Assembly: GCA_948497845.1 (NCBI GenBank)
Contig: CAOOMX010000001.1
Coordinates: 14,753-78,752 of the forward strand
DNA from: an uncultured Bacilli bacterium
GTDB lineage: Bacteria; Bacillota_I; Bacilli_A; RF39; UBA660
Length of the DNA: 64,000 nt
Direction: 5' to 3'
In this document: positions 59,577-64,000 of the stretch, piece after piece
How positions within the stretch are numbered: position 1 is the first letter of the stretch
How the letters are laid out: each line of letters starts with the position of its first letter
Notes under the pieces: generated by a model
The model's input: the letters and a program-made list of their open reading frames with translations, nothing else
The model's database searches: none
What the model was told of the DNA's origin: nothing
Made by a program: the position numbers and the translations under genes

Positions 59577-60686
59577 ATGAAAAAGTATTTTGTGTTATTA
59601 GTAAGCTTACTACTTTTATTAACTGGATGTGGGAAGTTAACAGCAGGTGATGCAGTTGGAGAATTCACTAAATTAGTTGAGAATAGTAAATCTTATAAGC
59701 TTTCTGGAACTATGGAAATTAACGGAGATGAAGAAGTTTTTACATATAGTTTGGAAACTTACTTTTTGAAAGATGATTTTTATAAGGTTGTATTAGTTAA
59801 TCAAACTAATAATCATGAACAAGTTATTCTTAAGAATACAGATGGTTTATATGTCGTTACACCAAATTTGAATAAAAGTTTTAAATTTGATAGCGTATGG
59901 CCAGAAAATTCAAGTCAAGCTTATTTATTAATGAATCTTGTTAATGATATGAAAAATGATAGTGAAGTAGCTTTAGAAGAAACAGATAGTGGTTACATTA
60001 TTAAAAGTAAAGTAAATTATCCAAATAATGAGGAGCTTACTTATCAAAAAGTATATTTTGATAAGAAAATGGTTCCAGAAAAAGTTGAAGTGTTTAATGG
60101 GCAAGATGTTGCTAAAATAAAAGTGGTATTTAAAACAGTTGATTTAAAGGCCAAATTAAAAGAAGAAGATTTTAAATTAGAAGATTTGATTGATGAAGAT
60201 GTAGAGAATAACGAAAACAATGATCAAAATAGTAATCAAAATAATAATCAGAATAATGAGTGTACTGATGAGTCAACTTGTAAAACAGACAAGTGTGAAG
60301 GTGAAGATTGTAAAACAGATGAAAAAACAAATGTGTCATTAGATAGTATTATTTATCCGTTATATATTCCTGCTAATACCCATCTTTCTAGTTCAGAAAC
60401 AGTAAGTACTGAAGATGGTGATCGTGTTATTCTAACCTTTAGCGGTGATAAAAACTTTGTTCTTGTAGAGGAAGTGGCAAGAAAAAGTAATGAATTTGAA
60501 ATTATTCCGGTTTTTGGTGATCCTTTTATGATTAACGAAAGTATTGCTGCTGTTAGTTCAAATTCAATGAGTTGGAATGCTAGAAACATCAGTTACTATC
60601 TTGTAGGAAGTGATTTATCTACTAGTGAAATGGTTAGTATTGCATCTAGTCTTGGTAATTCTTCAACAGTTATTTCTACCAAATAG
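59577..60686 (+). CDS. Lipoprotein with LolA-like/DUF4367-like N-domain and Cys-rich acidic linker
   Basis: Lipobox LLTGC. Linker NECTDESTCKTDKCEGEDCKTDEK. Confidence 0.35.
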   Translation: MKKYFVLLVSLLLLLTGCGKLTAGDAVGEFTKLVENSKSYKLSGTMEINGDEEVFTYSLETYFLKDDFYKVVLVNQTNNHEQVILKNTDGLYVVTPNLNKSFKFDSVWPENSSQAYLLMNLVNDMKNDSEVALEETDSGYIIKSKVNYPNNEELTYQKVYFDKKMVPEKVEVFNGQDVAKIKVVFKTVDLKAKLKEEDFKLEDLIDEDVENNENNDQNSNQNNNQNNECTDESTCKTDKCEGEDCKTDEKTNVSLDSIIYPLYIPANTHLSSSETVSTEDGDRVILTFSGDKNFVLVEEVARKSNEFEIIPVFGDPFMINESIAAVSSNSMSWNARNISYYLVGSDLSTSEMVSIASSLGNSSTVISTK

Positions 60687-60710
60687 GCTTTTATAGCCTG
60701 TTTTTCTTTT
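60685..60710 (+). terminator. Intrinsic terminator
   Basis: AGGCT-tttat-AGCCT hairpin followed by gtttttctttt. Confidence 0.5.
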
Positions 60711-60757
60711 TAAAAGAGAATTTATATGTTATTCTATTGTTAAATGGAGGTTTTATT

Positions 60758-61657
60758 ATGTTGCTTGATGAACGATTTAATGAAGAAAAATATAGAAGAG
60801 AACTTTGGGAAGGGAAGAATTATCGTAAAGATCCGAATATGAGTTTTATTTATTCTTTTGCATCTTTATCATCAACTAAAGAATTTGAATTATTAAGGTT
60901 AGTTGCTCATGGTTGTTCTTGTAATCAAGATGTAGATTTATTAAGACGGGTTTATCAAGTTGCTACTACTAATATTTTATGTCCTAGTGCTCATCAATAT
61001 CATGAAGGCTATATAAAAAGACTTATTAAAGAAGATTCTTGTATGCCATTTGGGGTAGATGCTATGTCACGCGAGGCTTTAATAAATTATTGGAATGGAA
61101 GAGTTATTGAACTTTGTAAGGGAGTTTTACAAGAAGTAGCAAGAAGTTTAGTTCTTTTAGAAAAGAAAGGCTTTGATGTAGAAGATATTTTGGATGATAT
61201 GCGTGTTTTTCCAGATAAAGAAGTAAGATTATCTTTATGTGGTGTTTGTAGTAATCCTGATCGCTTTTTGATTGATGAAGACGACAGAGTGATTAAAGTA
61301 GCAAGTATTCGTGTTCGTTTTGAGGAAAAATGGTATCAGAGTGATATTTCATGGAAAAAAGAAATTGTCTTTTTACAAACAGCTTTGGAATATGGAATTA
61401 TTACCTGTTTAGATGGTTTAACTGGGAATGAAGACACTATGACTGCTCGCTTTGAAAGTCCGCTTTTTGAACCAATAGATTCAAGTGTCTATTTTAGTTT
61501 TGATAGAGATATTTTTTGGACTATTGATGACAAAAGAATTTTAGCAGAAGCTATTATGGGCTTGCTTAAAGACGGAAAATTGAAGTATAGAAAAGATGTA
61601 GTTAAAACAGAAACCTATTTAAGCCGTATGCGTGCTAAAAAAGAAAATAATGAGTAG
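60758..61657 (+). CDS. Hypothetical protein with LRV/HEAT-like repeats (paralog A)
   Basis: ATG 60758 with AAATGGAGG Shine-Dalgarno. Repeat LSLCGVCSNPDRFLIDEDDRVIKVASIR resembles leucine-rich-repeat-variant units. Paralogous to the next gene. Confidence 0.3.
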   Translation: MLLDERFNEEKYRRELWEGKNYRKDPNMSFIYSFASLSSTKEFELLRLVAHGCSCNQDVDLLRRVYQVATTNILCPSAHQYHEGYIKRLIKEDSCMPFGVDAMSREALINYWNGRVIELCKGVLQEVARSLVLLEKKGFDVEDILDDMRVFPDKEVRLSLCGVCSNPDRFLIDEDDRVIKVASIRVRFEEKWYQSDISWKKEIVFLQTALEYGIITCLDGLTGNEDTMTARFESPLFEPIDSSVYFSFDRDIFWTIDDKRILAEAIMGLLKDGKLKYRKDVVKTETYLSRMRAKKENNE

Positions 61658-61665
61658 GTGTTTTT

Positions 61666-62391
61666 GTGAATAATATAGATGCTTTTTTAAAAATTTGTAG
61701 CGAGATATGTGCATGTGAAGGAAAAAAAGATATCAATAAGCTGTATCTAATATATAGAGATATTTTAAATAGGTATTCTAAGGACTCATCAGCGGCTTTT
61801 AAAGACTGTTTAGATATGTTGATGACGGGGATTATACAAGTGGCTTATCGTTTGCAAAAGGTAGATGATAGATGTGTTTTAATTTTAAAGGAAATGTCTG
61901 TTTTTTCTAATCCAAGTTGTCGACTTGCCGTTTGTGGTTGTGTAGATGATTATAGTATATTTTTACAAGATAAAGATGAAAGAGTGGTAAATCTTGCAAG
62001 AATAAGAGATAATTTTGAAGCAAAATATGAAAATGAAGATGAAGTTTATAAAAATCAATTATCTTTTTTGACTAGCTTATTAGAAACAGGTTTAATATCT
62101 GTTATGCAGGATCCTCTAAGTGATACACTTATTTATCAAAGTAATTTATTTGCAACAGAAAGTGATGATTCATTTTCATTACCTTATGAAAATTCTATAT
62201 TTGATTTTCATAATGGCGTTAGAGATGATGGTTTTTCAGTTGATGCCTTTAGGTTTTTGTTAGATCAAAGGATAATAGCTTCTTATATTTTGTTTTTAAT
62301 TCATAGTGGTGTAATAAAAATAAAGTCTAGTGGATCAACTGGGCAAATTTTAACCCGATTACAACCTAAGCGTATTGATATTGAAGAGTAA
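61666..62391 (+). CDS. Hypothetical protein with LRV/HEAT-like repeats (paralog B)
   Basis: LAVCGCVDDYSIFLQDKDERVVNLARIR aligns with paralog A. Confidence 0.3.
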   Translation: MNNIDAFLKICSEICACEGKKDINKLYLIYRDILNRYSKDSSAAFKDCLDMLMTGIIQVAYRLQKVDDRCVLILKEMSVFSNPSCRLAVCGCVDDYSIFLQDKDERVVNLARIRDNFEAKYENEDEVYKNQLSFLTSLLETGLISVMQDPLSDTLIYQSNLFATESDDSFSLPYENSIFDFHNGVRDDGFSVDAFRFLLDQRIIASYILFLIHSGVIKIKSSGSTGQILTRLQPKRIDIEE

Positions 62392-62448
62392 TTTTGTTGC
62401 AAAATAAAGATAGTTTTTGTATAATTAGGTTATGGAGGCAATAAGAAT

Positions 62449-63006
62449 ATGGCAGAAAAAAATAAAGATGTAAAAGTAAAAAAACAAAAAGAAATAAAAT
62501 ATAGAAGTGAAGAACAACAAGAGGTTATTCGTTTTATAATTATTTTAGTTAGTATTTTTGCAGTTGTAGGGATTGTTTATGGGGTTACCAAGATATTTAT
62601 AAAAGATGAAGTTAAAAATACAGATGATGATATTGTTGCTGGTACTGTAAATTATGATATTGTATCTGTTGGAACTATGTTTAATAGAAGTGAAGAAGAA
62701 TATTATGTAGCTCTTTATAAGAAAAGTGAAAAAGATGCTATTCTTTATTCGTCTATTATAAATAAATATGCTAATGAAGAAAAATCTTTAAAAGTATACT
62801 TTTGTGATTTAGAAAATAAATTTAATGAAGAGTACTATGTTGGTAATGAAAACAGTAATCCTAAGGCAAAGACCATTGCAGATGTAAAGTTTGGTGATTT
62901 TACTTTGGTTAAAATATCTAAGGGTAAGATTGTAAAATATGTTGAAAATATTGAAGATATGAAAAAAGAACTGAATATTAATACAGAAAAAGATAATAAT
63001 AAATAG
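62449..63006 (+). CDS. Membrane-anchored hypothetical protein
   Basis: Lys-rich N-terminus, one TM, 185 aa. Confidence 0.3.
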   Translation: MAEKNKDVKVKKQKEIKYRSEEQQEVIRFIIILVSIFAVVGIVYGVTKIFIKDEVKNTDDDIVAGTVNYDIVSVGTMFNRSEEEYYVALYKKSEKDAILYSSIINKYANEEKSLKVYFCDLENKFNEEYYVGNENSNPKAKTIADVKFGDFTLVKISKGKIVKYVENIEDMKKELNINTEKDNNK

Positions 63007-63011
63007 TATAA

Positions 63012-63050
63012 AGAAGTAAGAATTGGAAAACTTACTTCTTTTCTTTTTTA
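63012..63050 (+). terminator. Intrinsic terminator
   Basis: AGAAGTAAG...CTTACTTCT hairpin followed by tttcttttttt. Confidence 0.55.
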
Positions 63051-63084
63051 CTATAGCATGATAGAATTATCGTAGGGTGATAAC

Positions 63085-64000
63085 GTGAAGAATACAAAAG
63101 GTTTTAATTTAATTTCAGTAATTCTTATTATTGTAGTTGTTGCTGTTATAGCGGGGGTTACAACAGGAATTATTATGACTAATTCATATCGTACGGTAAC
63201 AACTGATGATGAGGCTTTAAATGAGTTTTTAAGAGTATATAATGAGTTAGTTGATAGTTATTATGAAGATGTAGATAAAACACAAATGCTTAATAAAGCT
63301 AAAGATGCTATGCTTGATTATTTAGGAGATCCTTATACCACTTATTTAAATAGTGAAGAACGAAAAGCATTGGAAGATAGACTTAATGGGACTTATAAAG
63401 GAATTGGTGTTTCTTTTGTTGATAAAACGATTGTAGATGTTATGAAAGATACTCCAGCTTCTAAAGCGGGACTACAAAAGGGCGATGTCTTTGTTAAAAT
63501 TGATAATAAGTTAGTGGAAAGTTTGAGTGATACACAAATATCTAACTTAATTAAAAATTCTGGGAAAGATGTTGTTAAAGTTGTTGTTTTACGTGGAGAA
63601 GAAGAAAAAGAGTTTACTATAGAAGTAAAAACTGTAACAGAAAAAGTAGTTGTTTCAGAGAAAATTAAAGATACAAACATTGGATATATTAGTGTGCCTA
63701 TTTTTTCAAAAACGATATCACAACAAGTGGAAGAGGCTTTACTGGAGTTAGAAAATGATGGTATTGAAAGTTTAATTTTAGATTTAAGAGATGATTCTGG
63801 TGGATATTTGGATCAAGCTCAAGATTTGGCAAGTTTATTTTTAGAAAAGGGTAAATTAATTTATTCTTTAGAAAACAAAAATGCTAGAGATGATTATTTT
63901 GATCAAACGGATACCAAAAGAGAATATGATATTGTAATTTTGATTAATGGAAATTCAGCTTCGGCGGCTGAGATTTTGGCTGCAGCTTTAAAAGATAGTT
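63085..64000 (+). CDS. ctpA: Carboxyl-terminal processing protease (S41, CtpA-like), 3' partial; GTG start
   Basis: N-terminal TM. PDZ block GIGVSF...VMKDTPASKAGLQKGDVFVKIDN. S41 catalytic region ILINGNSASAAEILAAALKD. Confidence 0.8.
   Translation, partial: MKNTKGFNLISVILIIVVVAVIAGVTTGIIMTNSYRTVTTDDEALNEFLRVYNELVDSYYEDVDKTQMLNKAKDAMLDYLGDPYTTYLNSEERKALEDRLNGTYKGIGVSFVDKTIVDVMKDTPASKAGLQKGDVFVKIDNKLVESLSDTQISNLIKNSGKDVVKVVVLRGEEEKEFTIEVKTVTEKVVVSEKIKDTNIGYISVPIFSKTISQQVEEALLELENDGIESLILDLRDDSGGYLDQAQDLASLFLEKGKLIYSLENKNARDDYFDQTDTKREYDIVILINGNSASAAEILAAALKDS

Noticed and set aside
1-64000. CRISPR arrays, rRNA, tRNA or tmRNA genes
   Set aside because: No regularly spaced direct repeats. No GGTTCGA(A/T)TCC T-loop-type motifs in the intergenic regions inspected. 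No rRNA-like GC-rich blocks other than the 38226-38400 element, which does not resemble tRNA, tmRNA, RNase P or SRP by eye.

Overview
Low-GC (about 28-30%) Firmicutes chromosome spanning the replication origin. The 5' end of dnaA runs off the window on the minus strand. A cluster of DnaA boxes follows, then the classic rpmH-rnpA-yidC-jag-mnmE-mnmG-rsmG-parB array on the plus strand. Downstream are housekeeping genes (argS, rpoE delta subunit, prfA, prmC, murA, rpmE, rpiB, hpf, secA, prfB with its programmed +1 frameshift, tilS, ftsH, secG, rnr, smpB, cdaA-cdaR, ctpA) interleaved with sporulation genes (spoIIR, spoIID, an M23/spoIIQ-like gene, spoIIID). Sporulation genes together with an RNA polymerase delta subunit and TGA used as a stop codon point to a spore-forming Erysipelotrichia/Bacilli-like lineage, not Mollicutes. 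No rRNA, tRNA, CRISPR array, transposase or integrase was seen. Several genes look disrupted: a class I glutamine amidotransferase with an in-frame TGA, a class A PBP split in two, and KilA-N and RhuM genes each split by a frameshift. This could be real gene decay or indel sequencing errors. The region most worth a second look is a roughly 10 kb accessory island between the normally adjacent secA and prfB. It holds decayed KilA-N and RhuM remnants, a phospholipase C-like gene and a GC-rich ORF-poor segment that looks like a structured ncRNA ending in an intrinsic terminator. It also holds a LysR-controlled 590-aa Cys-motif protein with a perfect 23-bp tandem duplication at its stop codon, and a compact HipA-like kinase + NERD/HRDC nuclease-like + small protein trio. 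No classic defence-system hallmark (Cas, restriction-modification, reverse transcriptase) is visible; the possible novelty lies in that island and in an XRE regulator/secreted protein/MacB-like ABC cluster. I had no tools, so all coordinates read by eye may be off by 1-2 nt. Around 16740-16810 my reading of the printed sequence and the ORF track disagree by 1 nt, so I follow the ORF track there.
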